From: a virus
Taxonomy: Duplodnaviria; Caudoviricetes
DNA length: 64,000 nt
IMG/VR virus record: IMGVR_UViG_3300049573_000219
Location: 1 to 64,000 of that record
Strand: one strand, 5' to 3'
Shown: piece by piece, positions 36,011 through 45,925 of the stretch
Layout: each line of letters begins with the position of its first letter
Numbering within the stretch: the stretch's first letter is position 1
Made by a program: the position numbers and the translations under genes
The notes under the pieces: model-generated
Databases searched by the model: none
What the model was told of the DNA's origin: nothing
What the model saw: only the letters and a program-made list of their open reading frames with translations

Positions 36011-36451
36011 TCAGGTGCGTGACCACTCAACCTGCTGCGTGGCGGCCCGGTTCCGTTCCGCCTGATCGGCCTCGCGCACGCTGACGTGATTGCGCAGGAG
36101 GCTGTCGGTGACAGCAGCGTCCAGGCCCAGCTCTCCGGCGTGAGCGCGCACCTGCTCGGCGCAGAGGTTGTACCCCTGCACTTCGCGTTGGGCAGCCTCG
36201 TCGGAAATGCGGTTGATGCCGTCGTGCAGCTCGCGGGTGACCTTCTCTCCCTGCACGATCTTCCGGATGAGGCCGTTCTGGATCTTGCAGATCCGTTCCA
36301 GCAGATCCTCCGGGACGCCAGCGGGGAAGTGATCGTCCAGCGCCAGACGGACCTGCCTCTCCGCCTCCAGGCGCATCCGCTGGTCCATCTCGCGCAGGCG
36401 CCTGCGCTCTTCCCGGGAACGCAGGAACTCCTGGTTCATGCCGTCACTCAC
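36011..36451 (-). CDS. Hypothetical protein
   Basis: 146 aa helical ORF. Confidence 0.6.
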   Translation of the reverse strand: MSDGMNQEFLRSREERRRLREMDQRMRLEAERQVRLALDDHFPAGVPEDLLERICKIQNGLIRKIVQGEKVTRELHDGINRISDEAAQREVQGYNLCAEQVRAHAGELGLDAAVTDSLLRNHVSVREADQAERNRAATQQVEWSRT

Positions 36452-37199
36452 TGCCGCTCGCCTCCAGCTCCTCCTGCTTCACGGCGGCGCGCTCGATCTG
36501 GAACTTCATCTCGGGGACGGCCTTCCTCTTCTTCTCCAGTACGGAGGCGAGGGAGGGGTGGCGCGGCTCATCGCGCAGCCAGCGTTCGTACAGGTCTATC
36601 CGGCGCTCCAGGACGTCCAGCCGGGCCTTGGCCTGCTGGACGAGCGTCCCCGTCAGCGAGCCGTTCTCCAGCATCATCTGCCTTTCCCGCAGCTTCGCCG
36701 CCTCCGGCAGGACGTAGGGCGGCGTGTTCGGGGTCGCCGACAGACCCGTCTCCACGCGCCGTTCCTTCAGTACCCACGGCGGCGTACCGCCGGGCTTGCG
36801 CACGGTCGACTTGCGCGGCTGGCTGTCGGTGCGCCGGGGGGCCGGGAGGGAGCGGGGAGCGAAGGAGGCGCGCGGGGCGGACGGGCGCCGGTCGTCGAAC
36901 TTCTTCGGGGTGCGGGGCTGGAATCCTCCGACGCGGACCGACATGGGACGCTCGTTGCCCATGCCGAAGACGGAGACCACCTTCATGTTCCCGAGGTGCT
37001 GCACGATCTCGCGTGCCTCGGCCAGCCCCAGCGGGTTGCCGTCGCGGTCGGCGAGGCTTGCGACGTCGAGTGACGTGACCGGGCGGTTGGCTGCGGTACT
37101 CCAGGACAGCAGTGCCAGAACGGCCATCTCTTCGTAGTCGAGCTGAGCGAGAACCCTGGCCGACGGGGCAATCCCCGTCCAGTGCTGCTTCTCGTTCAC
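36444..37199 (-). CDS. Hypothetical protein (possible N-terminal wHTH, coiled-coil tail)
   Basis: GTG after AAGGGAG. Confidence 0.6.
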   Translation of the reverse strand: MNEKQHWTGIAPSARVLAQLDYEEMAVLALLSWSTAANRPVTSLDVASLADRDGNPLGLAEAREIVQHLGNMKVVSVFGMGNERPMSVRVGGFQPRTPKKFDDRRPSAPRASFAPRSLPAPRRTDSQPRKSTVRKPGGTPPWVLKERRVETGLSATPNTPPYVLPEAAKLRERQMMLENGSLTGTLVQQAKARLDVLERRIDLYERWLRDEPRHPSLASVLEKKRKAVPEMKFQIERAAVKQEELEASGSE

Positions 37200-37427
37200 G
37201 TTCTCTCCCTTCCTTGTCCCCGTAGCCCGGGGATCATGATAGGCATGATATCGGCTCTGACCTGCACGTGTCACTCTCGGTTCATTCCTTGCCGAGCAGG
37301 GGAAAACAAGAGAACTCACTGTGATTCAAGTCGCCAAGATGAGCTTGCGCCAAACATGTTGCTCTGGATAGACTGGCCTAGGCAGCAAGGGAAAAAGCAG
37401 CCAGAGAAGCCGAGGAAAGGGAAGAGC

Positions 37428-37586
37428 GTGACGCTCGAATTCCAGAACGGAAGCGGTGGCTCCGGGGGTTCCGGTTCCAGCGGGGACAGCGGGAGCAACG
37501 GCATCCCGGCGGGCAACCGTGGGCAGGGCGACAGCAACAAGGGCAAGTCCATCAAGGAGTGGCGTGCCGGGCGGGGGGCGGTCTGA
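37428..37586 (+). CDS. Gly/Ser-rich small protein
   Basis: GTG after GGAAAGGG, 2 nt upstream of terD-like gene. Confidence 0.5.
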   Translation: MTLEFQNGSGGSGGSGSSGDSGSNGIPAGNRGQGDSNKGKSIKEWRAGRGAV

Positions 37587-37588
37587 CC

Positions 37589-38272
37589 ATGGCGGACATG
37601 ACCAAGCCGACCCTGTCGGACGAACAGCTCGCACCGGCCGGTCTGCCGATGATGCAGGAGGGCGACGTCGCCCAGGTCAGCGGCACCATCAGCATCGGCG
37701 TCTCCTGGGACGCCTCGACCCGTGGCAAGAGCGGCTTCCTCGGGAAGCTCTCCCGCAAGGTCGGCGCCGACCTGGACCTCGCTGCGGTCCTCTTCCAGGA
37801 CCAGGAGCCGGTGGTTCTCTGCGTCGGCTTCACGCCGGAGCTGATGAACCCGCTGCACGACCAGCCGGGTGACCACTCCATCGAGCACACCGGGGACAAC
37901 GAGACCGGTGAGGGCTCGGGCGACGACGAGGCGATCACCATCCACCTGGACAAGATCCCGGCGGAGTTCCACCGGATCGTCGTCGAGGTGGCGGCCTTCA
38001 AGGACAAGAACAAGAAGCTCGGCGACGCCGGGTTCCAGGGCGCCAACAACGTGCTGTTCACCGTCTACGACGGCGCGGGCGCGGGCGCGGAGAAGCAGTT
38101 CTGCATCCGCCCCTCCCTGCTCGGCACCGAGAACTGCGTCATCGTCACCACGCTCGACCGCGTCGGCAACACCACGACGTGGGAGATGCGCAAGCGCAAG
38201 ATCCGCGTCAACGTCAAGCACGGCGACCTGACGGACCTGATCCGCAAGGCCGCCGCCGTCAACAACGCCTGA
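37589..38272 (+). CDS. terD: TerD-family stress protein
   Basis: GVSWD, ADLDLAA, HTGDNETGEGSGDDEAITIHLDKIP. Confidence 0.85.
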   Translation: MADMTKPTLSDEQLAPAGLPMMQEGDVAQVSGTISIGVSWDASTRGKSGFLGKLSRKVGADLDLAAVLFQDQEPVVLCVGFTPELMNPLHDQPGDHSIEHTGDNETGEGSGDDEAITIHLDKIPAEFHRIVVEVAAFKDKNKKLGDAGFQGANNVLFTVYDGAGAGAEKQFCIRPSLLGTENCVIVTTLDRVGNTTTWEMRKRKIRVNVKHGDLTDLIRKAAAVNNA

Positions 38273-38379
38273 CCTACACCGCGCAGGACCCGGCGGCCCG
38301 TCTCCTCGGAGGCGGGCCGTCCGGCGTTTTCGGGGATACGCTTCCGTGGTGACGGAAAACCCGTGAATGGGGTGGAGCA

Positions 38380-39225
38380 GTGGCCAACGGATACGACGCA
38401 CACAGCCTGAAGGCGAGCGGACTCACCGAGGCGGCGAGTTCGGACATGCCGATGTCGCAGATGATGCCGGTCGCCGTGCGGGACAAGAGGTTCACCCGGC
38501 GCGGGATCGGCTACCGGACCCAGCAGGAAGCCGGACCGGCATCCGGCCAGCGCAAGAGGGATGCGTCGATGGAGGAGCAGGGCATGATGATGCCGCCTCC
38601 GATCATGTACCCGGACGGATACGCCAGCGGCACAGCGACGCGCAGGCGTGGCATGGAGGAGCGCAGCCGCGCCTGGGAGACGGCCCAGGAGGCGACCAGT
38701 CCGCAGATCCGGCCGCGCGCCACCCTGGAGCGGTCCGGCCTCCTCGAAGCGCTCCCCCCGTGGCTCCAGAAGAAGGGTGAGGGTGACGAGGAAGAGCAGA
38801 AGGAGGCGGCGGCCGAGTTCGTGCGCGAGAACATGGGCTGCTTCCCCGGTGAGGACGATGCTCGCGTGGCCCTCGCCGTGCTCAGCCAGTTCGTGGACGG
38901 TGACACTCTCGACGACCTCCAGCAGGCGATCACCGACCAGTTCGGCGACCCGATGGAGCAGCCGGAGCCCGAGATGGACTGGGACGACGACGAGTACGGC
39001 TACATGGGGGAGAGCGCCGACCTGAAGGAGGCACCCCTGGACGCCCAGCGGAGGAACAAGCTGCCCGACTCCGCCTTCGCGCTGCCCGGCAGGAGGTACC
39101 CCATCGACACCCCCGAGCGGGCCCGTTCCGCGCTCGCCCGGGTGGAGCAGTTCGGGTCGGACGAGGAGAAGCGCAAGGTGCGCGCCGCCGTGATGAAGAA
39201 GTACCCGAACATGAAGGTGGAGTAG
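38380..39225 (+). CDS. Hypothetical protein with LPDSAFA..RYPID..AR.ALAR C-terminal module
   Basis: Acidic, low-complexity N-terminus; C-terminal module of a kind seen in phage proteins. Confidence 0.55.
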   Translation: MANGYDAHSLKASGLTEAASSDMPMSQMMPVAVRDKRFTRRGIGYRTQQEAGPASGQRKRDASMEEQGMMMPPPIMYPDGYASGTATRRRGMEERSRAWETAQEATSPQIRPRATLERSGLLEALPPWLQKKGEGDEEEQKEAAAEFVRENMGCFPGEDDARVALAVLSQFVDGDTLDDLQQAITDQFGDPMEQPEPEMDWDDDEYGYMGESADLKEAPLDAQRRNKLPDSAFALPGRRYPIDTPERARSALARVEQFGSDEEKRKVRAAVMKKYPNMKVE

Positions 39226-39282
39226 GGGCCCTGGACGGGTGGCGACGTTGCGCTGGAGAGCCAGGGCGAGGTGCCTGCCCGG

Positions 39283-39810
39283 TCAGGGATTCTGATCGAC
39301 CGTGTGGTAGAGCATGCCGGTCGGCAGGGCCATCACGGAGCAGTTCACCCAGCGGCACACATCCTGGGCTGCGGGGCCGTACTGCACATACATCGCCTTG
39401 ACCGTCGCCCGGTCCTCCAGCGTGTACGCCTCGCCCTCCTGGCGGGACCTCTCGACGTCGGCTCGCCACTCCTCGTGGGAGCAGGTCCACTCCTCGCGCT
39501 CCCCCAGGAAGATGCCGAATCCCTCGACCATGGAGTTCTTCTCGTCCTGGGTTTCGCAGCGGGGGCGCCGGGCGGTGCCCAGTTCGGCGACGAGATCGCC
39601 CATTCGGGGGTTGTCCATGCGGTCGTACGCGGCCCGACCCTGCTCCGTATGGGCGCCCCGCAGGGTGGCCTGCCAGAGCTGGTACGCGATGGTCAGGATG
39701 ACCGCACGGCGCCGTACGGCCGGGCCTTCGAGGCTCAGCAGGTCGTCTCTCGTGCGGTCGACCCCGCGAACATTCTCATGCGGCTGCGGCCAGCTCGATT
39801 CGGTGAGCAT
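39283..39810 (-). CDS. Hypothetical protein
   Basis: GAGGAAGGG RBS, TAGGAT -10-like box. Confidence 0.6.
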   Translation of the reverse strand: MLTESSWPQPHENVRGVDRTRDDLLSLEGPAVRRRAVILTIAYQLWQATLRGAHTEQGRAAYDRMDNPRMGDLVAELGTARRPRCETQDEKNSMVEGFGIFLGEREEWTCSHEEWRADVERSRQEGEAYTLEDRATVKAMYVQYGPAAQDVCRWVNCSVMALPTGMLYHTVDQNP

Positions 39811-40420
39811 TCCCGGATCCCTTCCTCTCGCTTTCCAGAGAGGAATCCTACCGGGAAAAGCCCATCAGAGCTTCCACATCAGGGCCGTGCGGTGCCGCTC
39901 GCTGACGAAGTCGGACCGAGGGGTCATGTCGTGAGCGGGCCACCAGTTGCGGACCGGCTCACGCGTAGGACGCCCGGTCAGAGAGCCCTGGACGCCGCGA
40001 AGGCTGCTGTCGCAGCCGCTCGAACTCGCCTGGGAAGCCATCTCGGATCCTCTCCTTGCAGTCGCCTCTGCGGCCATTGTGCATGGAGAGGTCAGGGGGT
40101 GGACATGCGTTCCCCGAGTTCCCCGATCCACTGGATGATCAGGTAGAAGTCGTAGAGCATCAAGGCGCCCTCGATGCAGACGTAGGCGGCCAGGGCGACG
40201 GTGCAGGCGGCGAGCGCGCACAGGGCGGCGCGCAGAGGGGACGGCATGGGCACGAGAGGGTCCTGAACGGGAGTGCCGGTGTGGGGGACTGCCGTCATCA
40301 TCTCAGGCGTGTCGAACTCCTGTCGCACCACGTCGAGCTGTTGCACGCTGAACCTTCCGCTATCGCTCTGAGCAGGGGATAAGAGTAGAATAGCGGTAGG
40401 AAAAAGGAGAAGCGAAGGGG

Positions 40421-40720
40421 ATGGAAAACGTGGACGCAGGGACGACTTTCCGATTGAACCCTGACGCGGTCGGCCAGGCGCTGACGCTGGCCAACCTCGA
40501 CTGGACGGACCTCAAGCGCGGGTCGCACCCGGATGACGGTGCGGACTGCCTCTACCTGGAGGCGGACGTGCGCGAGTACAGCGCTTTCCTCGTGACGCTG
40601 GCCGTCCAGTACCGGCACGTGGACGGTCTGCTGCCGCTGGCGGACCGGGTGCAGCTCCAGCACGCGGAGAGCGGGGACACCCGGTTCTGGTTCCCCGGCC
40701 TTCAGGTGCGCGGAGTCTGA
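40421..40720 (+). CDS. Hypothetical protein
   Basis: TAGAAT -10-like box, RBS, downstream hairpin. Confidence 0.65.
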   Translation: MENVDAGTTFRLNPDAVGQALTLANLDWTDLKRGSHPDDGADCLYLEADVREYSAFLVTLAVQYRHVDGLLPLADRVQLQHAESGDTRFWFPGLQVRGV

Positions 40721-40732
40721 GGGGAAACGACG

Positions 40733-40764
40733 GAAGGGGGCACCCCGGGCGGGGTGCCCCCTTC
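40733..40764. terminator. Bidirectional terminator-like hairpin
   Basis: GAAGGGGGCACCCC-GGGC-GGGGTGCCCCCTTC perfect 14-bp stem between convergent genes. Confidence 0.7.
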
Positions 40765-40767
40765 ATG

Positions 40768-41283
40768 TCAGGGTTCGACTTCGGTCCTGGTCACCTTGCC
40801 GCCGAGCAGGCTCTCCGGCTTGCCGGTGTCGAGATCGACGCGGCGCATCACCCAGCCGTACTCGTCCTCGAACCAGTCCCACGGGGCGCCCGGCCCGGGT
40901 TCCTCGGACAGTGCCACGGCGCAGGCGGCGAAGGCGCTCTCGACCGACGTGTGGACCGTGGCGGGCCTTCCGTCGTACTCGGCGACGAACACCTCGGCGC
41001 CCTCGCTGTCGGCCGCCAGGAGTCGCTTCAGCAGCTTGTCGGCGGTGTTCCTGCGGGCGGGCGGAACCAGCTTCAGGAGCGCCCGGTGCAGACTCACGGG
41101 TGACATCTCTTCTTCTCTCTTTCCGGTGGTCTTCTTCTGCATCCAGCGGGCCAGGTCGAAGAACGTGAGGATGACCCGGCCGACGATCAGCGCAACGAGG
41201 AGTGCGACTGACAGGACGAAGAAGATCACCCCGATCCTCAGCCAGAATTCATGCCATCCCAGCTCGGAAGGATCGAGGTTCAC
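40768..41283 (-). CDS. Membrane-anchored hypothetical protein (possible internal start)
   Basis: N-terminal TM segment. Confidence 0.55.
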   Translation of the reverse strand: MNLDPSELGWHEFWLRIGVIFFVLSVALLVALIVGRVILTFFDLARWMQKKTTGKREEEMSPVSLHRALLKLVPPARRNTADKLLKRLLAADSEGAEVFVAEYDGRPATVHTSVESAFAACAVALSEEPGPGAPWDWFEDEYGWVMRRVDLDTGKPESLLGGKVTRTEVEP

Positions 41284-41482
41284 TTCTCCGCCTCTACGGC
41301 CAGTACCGTCACGTCCCAGCCGGTCCCCTGCGCCACTCGCTCGCCTATCTCGTTGATGAACTCGACATCCTTCGAGTCGAGTTCACCTATCAGCTCGATC
41401 GTTCGCTCGTTCAGGTTGTCCCTGATCACGACACGCGTTTCCACTTCTCTCCTTCCCTGCCGGGGCCCCCGGCCCCGGCGTT

Positions 41483-41953
41483 TCAGCCCTTCTTCCTCTT
41501 GCGGCTGCCCGGCGCGCTGACCACCTCTTCCCACCCCTCGGGCACGTTGGGGTGGACACCGATCAGGAGAACCCAGCCGCCGACCTCGACGCCGTCCTCC
41601 TTCGTCACGGATTCCACGGTGCCGACGGACCCCTCGTCGGGTCCGATCACCTCGCCGTCCTTGGCGAAGCCGATCACCTCCACCGAGCCGTCGGCACCGG
41701 CCTTCTGGCGGATCCGCAGCACCACGTCGTGGGCGTACTCCCAGATGGCGAAGAACTCACTGGGAGACCAGTCGCCACGGCCTCCGGAGTTCACCCGGAA
41801 CGCCGCGTTCTTCACCGACTCCATCTTGTTCCTCGGAAACGCGGCGTCGGCCACGAGCATCGTGGGTGACGCGGCGAGCGCTGCTTCCTTGGACGTGTAG
41901 GCCGACGGACCCTTCGGCGGCTTCCTCAGATACACACCGTGAACGCGTGCCAT
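41483..41953 (-). CDS. Hypothetical protein
   Basis: 156 aa, RBS. Confidence 0.6.
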   Translation of the reverse strand: MARVHGVYLRKPPKGPSAYTSKEAALAASPTMLVADAAFPRNKMESVKNAAFRVNSGGRGDWSPSEFFAIWEYAHDVVLRIRQKAGADGSVEVIGFAKDGEVIGPDEGSVGTVESVTKEDGVEVGGWVLLIGVHPNVPEGWEEVVSAPGSRKRKKG

Positions 41954-42022
41954 TTGCTCAACTCCCTCGCAGGTGGAAACGATGCAGGATGTTACCCGCG
42001 TCGACCTGTACCTGCACCCAGC

Positions 42023-42310
42023 CTATGCCGCGATCAGATCGCCCGAGAATTCGGGAACGAAGAGCGGCTGGCGAAGGGAGAGGATTTCCCTGAAAGTGCC
42101 GAAAGGATTTGCGGGAACCGTCATGTCCCCGGTCGGGTACATGAACCCCTCGGCCGCGTCCCACGCCTCGTCGTACGAGGCGAAGAGGACGCCCCCGCAG
42201 TCGAGGATGATCTGCCGTCGGGCCGGTGCCACGAACAGCGGCTCCAGCCCCCGGAAGAACTTGGGGAACCGCTCGATCGTCCAGAGGTTGTGCCTGACCA
42301 GGGTGTACAT
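42023..42310 (-). CDS. Hypothetical protein
   Basis: MYTLVRH..., GGAG RBS. Confidence 0.55.
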   Translation of the reverse strand: MYTLVRHNLWTIERFPKFFRGLEPLFVAPARRQIILDCGGVLFASYDEAWDAAEGFMYPTGDMTVPANPFGTFREILSLRQPLFVPEFSGDLIAA

Positions 42311-42323
42311 GACGGACTCCGTT

Positions 42324-42524
42324 TCAGATGGTGATCTTCTCGATGCTACGGACCGGACCGTCGTCGTCCGGCACGAAGTCGTACTCGATGTGACTCCAGA
42401 GCTTCCTCCGGAGGTCGTCCAGCGCCTCTTCCTTGGTGTCACCCTCACCCGAGAGCCCCGTGCGGGGCTCCTTGACCGTGCAGCCATACCGTCCGTAGTC
42501 GAAGACCTCGACCGTGAACTCCAC
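42324..42524 (-). CDS. HicB-like small protein
   Basis: FTVEV..GRYGCTV....LSGEGDTKEEALDDL. Confidence 0.5.
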   Translation of the reverse strand: MEFTVEVFDYGRYGCTVKEPRTGLSGEGDTKEEALDDLRRKLWSHIEYDFVPDDDGPVRSIEKITI

Positions 42525-42616
42525 GGTATTCTCCTCTCCTTGGGAGTTACGGTACCACGACGAAGGGCCCCCGGAAGGGGGCCCTCGCGTACTTCATCCG
42601 CTGGATCGGGCAGGCA

Positions 42617-43027
42617 CTACTCGACCTGCTCCAGGAACTCGATGTCGGACTTCAGGCTCCTGGCCTGACGGCGGAACTTCGCCAGGTCCCGCTCGGCCTT
42701 CTCCAGGTCCCGCTTGCGGTCGGCGACGCGCTCCTCGCCCTCCTCGATCGCGTTCATCACGCGCGCCAGCTCGGCGCGGCGGACGTCCGCCTCGGAGCGG
42801 GTGCCCGCGTTCTCCTCGATCCACCGCACGAACTCGTCGAGTTCGGTGGCGACGAAGAACTTCAGCTTGCCGGACTTCTTCACCACCTTCGGGATGCGGT
42901 CGGCGTAGTTGGAGAACTTCGACGACAGGGACTGGGCGGTGATGCCGGTCCGCTTCTCGAAGTCGGATCGGGTCTCCAGCTCGTTCTCGCGGCCCTGGAA
43001 CTCGGTGCGCAGCCAGGTGTCGGCCAT
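42617..43027 (-). CDS. HTH + coiled-coil protein
   Basis: SDFEKRTGITAQSLS...KFFVATELDEFV then long coiled coil. Confidence 0.6.
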   Translation of the reverse strand: MADTWLRTEFQGRENELETRSDFEKRTGITAQSLSSKFSNYADRIPKVVKKSGKLKFFVATELDEFVRWIEENAGTRSEADVRRAELARVMNAIEEGEERVADRKRDLEKAERDLAKFRRQARSLKSDIEFLEQVE

Positions 43028-43029
43028 GA

Positions 43030-44145
43030 TCAGGAAACCCTCTCGGCGTGGAACTGACGGACTCGGTCGGCTCCCCAGACCACGGGAAGCTCGGCGGTTT
43101 CGGCGGCGGCCTGGAGCTTTTCCAGCTCGATGACCTTGGCGCCCGGCTCGCCGCGCTGGAACGCCTTGTACTCCAGCCAGACCTCCATCGCCCGGCGGAC
43201 GTGGCTGACCTGGTCGCGCCGGTCCTTGTCGGTCGGCTTCTTGGCGCCCTTCTTGTTCAGGTACTGGCGACGCAGCAGGTGACGCGGGTCGTCGCCACGC
43301 CTGCCGATCTGCGGGAAGCCCTCCCGGTAGCCCGGCTTCAGCCCCTCCAGGAACTCGGCGACGTCGAACGAGTTCGCCCCGGCGGCGAGCGCCATCATGA
43401 CGGAGGCGGCGAGCGCGCTCTGCGGGATCCGGCTGGCAGCGGCCTGAAGGACGTGCTTCATCCAGCTTCCGGAGTCCTCCTGGATCTCCTGGAAGAAGGG
43501 CCAGCCGTGGACCAGCTCGTACACCTCCTGGTTGGACGCGTCGGCGATGGTCCACTCGGTGCGCTCGACGCCCCGGATGACCGGCAGGATGAGCTTGGCG
43601 GCGGCTGCGGACTGGTCCGGGTACGGGATGTCGCCGAGGAGCTGACCGGCGTTGCGGCCACGGCCCGTGTCGAGGACCGCGAAGGTGTCCCACTGGCCGT
43701 TGGTGACGACCGGAACCTCGATCGGCACACCCGACAGCGCGCACGCGGCGAACCGGTGCTGGCCGTCCAGCAGGAAGCCGTCACCCGTGAAGACGACCGG
43801 CGTGGAGATCCGGGGGTTCCAGTCGCCGTCGGCGACGATGGAGACGAGGCCCCGGGTCTTCTTCGTGCCGTTGAGCGTGGTGATGAGGAACCGGCGGTTG
43901 GCCGTGACCTCGGGGTGGCGCAGCTCGCGCGGCATCCTCTCGATACGGATCACCCGGTAGCGCAGCACGTCGCGTGCCATCTCCGGCGTGATCTTCATCG
44001 ACGGGTGCGGGAAGGAGCGGTCCGGGTGCTCCTTCAGGTACTCCTCGGGCGTCTCCGGGATCGGGAAACGCGCCTTGCGGGGGTCCGAGACGAAGTCGAA
44101 TCCCAGCATCCTCTCGATGGTCGAAAGGGTCTCTTCTCGTGCCAC
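43030..44145 (-). CDS. ParB/Srx-fold protein with DGQHR motif
   Basis: ITPEMA...NR...PVVFTGDGFLLDGQHRFAA...LDTGRGR. Confidence 0.75.
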   Translation of the reverse strand: MAREETLSTIERMLGFDFVSDPRKARFPIPETPEEYLKEHPDRSFPHPSMKITPEMARDVLRYRVIRIERMPRELRHPEVTANRRFLITTLNGTKKTRGLVSIVADGDWNPRISTPVVFTGDGFLLDGQHRFAACALSGVPIEVPVVTNGQWDTFAVLDTGRGRNAGQLLGDIPYPDQSAAAAKLILPVIRGVERTEWTIADASNQEVYELVHGWPFFQEIQEDSGSWMKHVLQAAASRIPQSALAASVMMALAAGANSFDVAEFLEGLKPGYREGFPQIGRRGDDPRHLLRRQYLNKKGAKKPTDKDRRDQVSHVRRAMEVWLEYKAFQRGEPGAKVIELEKLQAAAETAELPVVWGADRVRQFHAERVS

Positions 44146-44285
44146 TTTCCTATCCCCTTTCCGGGTGAATGGCTCTATGAAACACGACAGACGTGGCGGC
44201 CGTCAAGACGAGTGTCGAGACGGCCGCCACAGTGATGACGACGATCACCCCGTACGAGGCGAACGGGTAGGCGCCCGGGAAGGTG

Positions 44286-44693
44286 TCAGTCTCCGCCGAG
44301 CGCCCGGAAGATTCCGCCGATCACGCGGCTGACACCGTCAACGATCGCCTCGCCGACGTCCTCGGCCACCTCGCCGACGCTGCGTGAGCCGGAGCCCCGG
44401 CCACCCCTGGCCGTAACAGGGGTGGAAGAGGATCCGGAGAAGAGCGCGCCGTGCTTGGTCCGGCAGTGGCCGATCACCTTCTGCCTGGCCGTGAACTCCC
44501 CCATGTGCAGCGGGTCTCCACAGAGGTTGCAGCACCACATCAGGGAGTTCTGGTCGTACTTGATCAGGTTCGCCGGGTTGTTGTTCTCCGGCTTGTGGTC
44601 CTTCTCGTGCGCCGCGATGGCGAAGTCGAAGAGCTTGTCCCCCAGGTCGAAGGGCTTCCCGCAGACCGGGCAGTGGTAGGTGTCGGCGCTCAT
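44286..44693 (-). CDS. Double C2H2-like zinc finger protein
   Basis: YHCPVCG...HEKDH; CNLCG...HCRTKH. Confidence 0.6.
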   Translation of the reverse strand: MSADTYHCPVCGKPFDLGDKLFDFAIAAHEKDHKPENNNPANLIKYDQNSLMWCCNLCGDPLHMGEFTARQKVIGHCRTKHGALFSGSSSTPVTARGGRGSGSRSVGEVAEDVGEAIVDGVSRVIGGIFRALGGD

Positions 44694-45181
44694 CGCCCGG
44701 CCTCCTGCTCCAGCCCGGACTGGATGTGCCCCATGGCGGCGCAGAGCGCGGCGCAGGCCGTGAACTCCAGCGCCCCCTCCTCGCCGAGGCTGGTCAGCAT
44801 CGCCAGCGGGATCGTCCAGGCCCCCTCGTCCTCCTTCATGGCCCGACCGGCGGCCGGAAGCACCTTCAGCAGGGACATCGTGTCCACGGAGACCGACGAC
44901 AGGTGGGGGACGATGTCCTCGCTGTAGCGCTGCGAGAACAGCATGCACAGGGTGCCCGTGGTGGCGTACCAGCCGTGCTCGCCCGCCATCCGGCGCAGCT
45001 CGGACATGATGGCGTCGACCGGGTCCTCGCCGTTCCCTTCGGCCTCGATCAGCCGGTTCAGGAGGGCCGGTTCCGCCTCCTGGATGGCGTGGATCTGCTG
45101 GTCGTTGATGGCGGGAAGCTTCTCCTGGGGGAGCCTCTTCCCTTCGGCCAGCAGCTCCAGTACGTCGATGACGGAAAGCAT
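44690..45181 (-). CDS. Hypothetical protein
   Basis: GAGGAG RBS. Confidence 0.6.
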   Translation of the reverse strand: MLSVIDVLELLAEGKRLPQEKLPAINDQQIHAIQEAEPALLNRLIEAEGNGEDPVDAIMSELRRMAGEHGWYATTGTLCMLFSQRYSEDIVPHLSSVSVDTMSLLKVLPAAGRAMKEDEGAWTIPLAMLTSLGEEGALEFTACAALCAAMGHIQSGLEQEAGR

Positions 45182-45206
45182 CAGATACCGCTCCTCTTCA
45201 TGTTCG

Positions 45207-45446
45207 TCACGTCAGTTCCTCTCCGATCCTGTTGATCTCCCGGGCCAGCCGGATCGTCTCCGTCCCACCGGCCCGGTTCAGGAAGTCGATGTCGAACCGG
45301 CCCATCCGGGCCCACCGCTCGATCATCTCCTTCGTCAGACGTGCCTGCTCCAGGGTGGAGCAGAACGCCGTCGGATACTCACCGAGGAGTCCGGCCGCCC
45401 GGTTCAGGTCGGCCAGACTCTGCTCGGTCGCGCGCTCGTAGCTCAC
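45207..45446 (-). CDS. Hypothetical protein
   Basis: Coupled. Confidence 0.55.
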   Translation of the reverse strand: MSYERATEQSLADLNRAAGLLGEYPTAFCSTLEQARLTKEMIERWARMGRFDIDFLNRAGGTETIRLAREINRIGEELT

Positions 45447-45925
45447 CCTCCGGCCTGAAACTGCTCGTCCCAGCCCGGGACGACGTTGACCTCAAGGCCC
45501 TCGTCCTCCCAGACGGCGATCACCGCAGGGTTGTCGTCGTGCGCCTTGACGACCCGGTAGGACTGGCGCAGCTCGTGCAGGATCTCCCGCTTGATCACGG
45601 CATCCTTGCGGAAATCGCCGTCCCGCCTGGTCCGCAGCACGTCGAACGGGATGTCCCAGGCGTTCAGCCACCTGCGGGTGAGCATCCGGTACCGGGCCAG
45701 CCGTGCGGTCAGGACGATCACCGTCCGGCCCTTCGCTCTGGCCTCGTTCGCCAGGTCGACCACCTCCGGGTTCGGGGGGCAGAACTGCGAGGCCATGTGG
45801 AAGGAGTGGAAGTCCCGGTTCGGGTGCGTGACGTAGTGCCTGATCCCCCGGACGTCGCAGAGGGTCCCGTCCACGTCGAACAGCTCGGCTTCGGGAAGTT
45901 CGATCCCATTCATGTCGATTCGCAC
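45443..45925 (-). CDS. HAD-family phosphatase (polynucleotide 3'-phosphatase-like)
   Basis: LFDVDGTL, LTAR, D.VIK, HDDNPAVI..W...G. Confidence 0.85.
   Translation of the reverse strand: MRIDMNGIELPEAELFDVDGTLCDVRGIRHYVTHPNRDFHSFHMASQFCPPNPEVVDLANEARAKGRTVIVLTARLARYRMLTRRWLNAWDIPFDVLRTRRDGDFRKDAVIKREILHELRQSYRVVKAHDDNPAVIAVWEDEGLEVNVVPGWDEQFQAGG

Noticed and set aside
41958-41986. CTCAACTC as a motif-A site
   Set aside because: No GTTG arm at the 19-nt spacing
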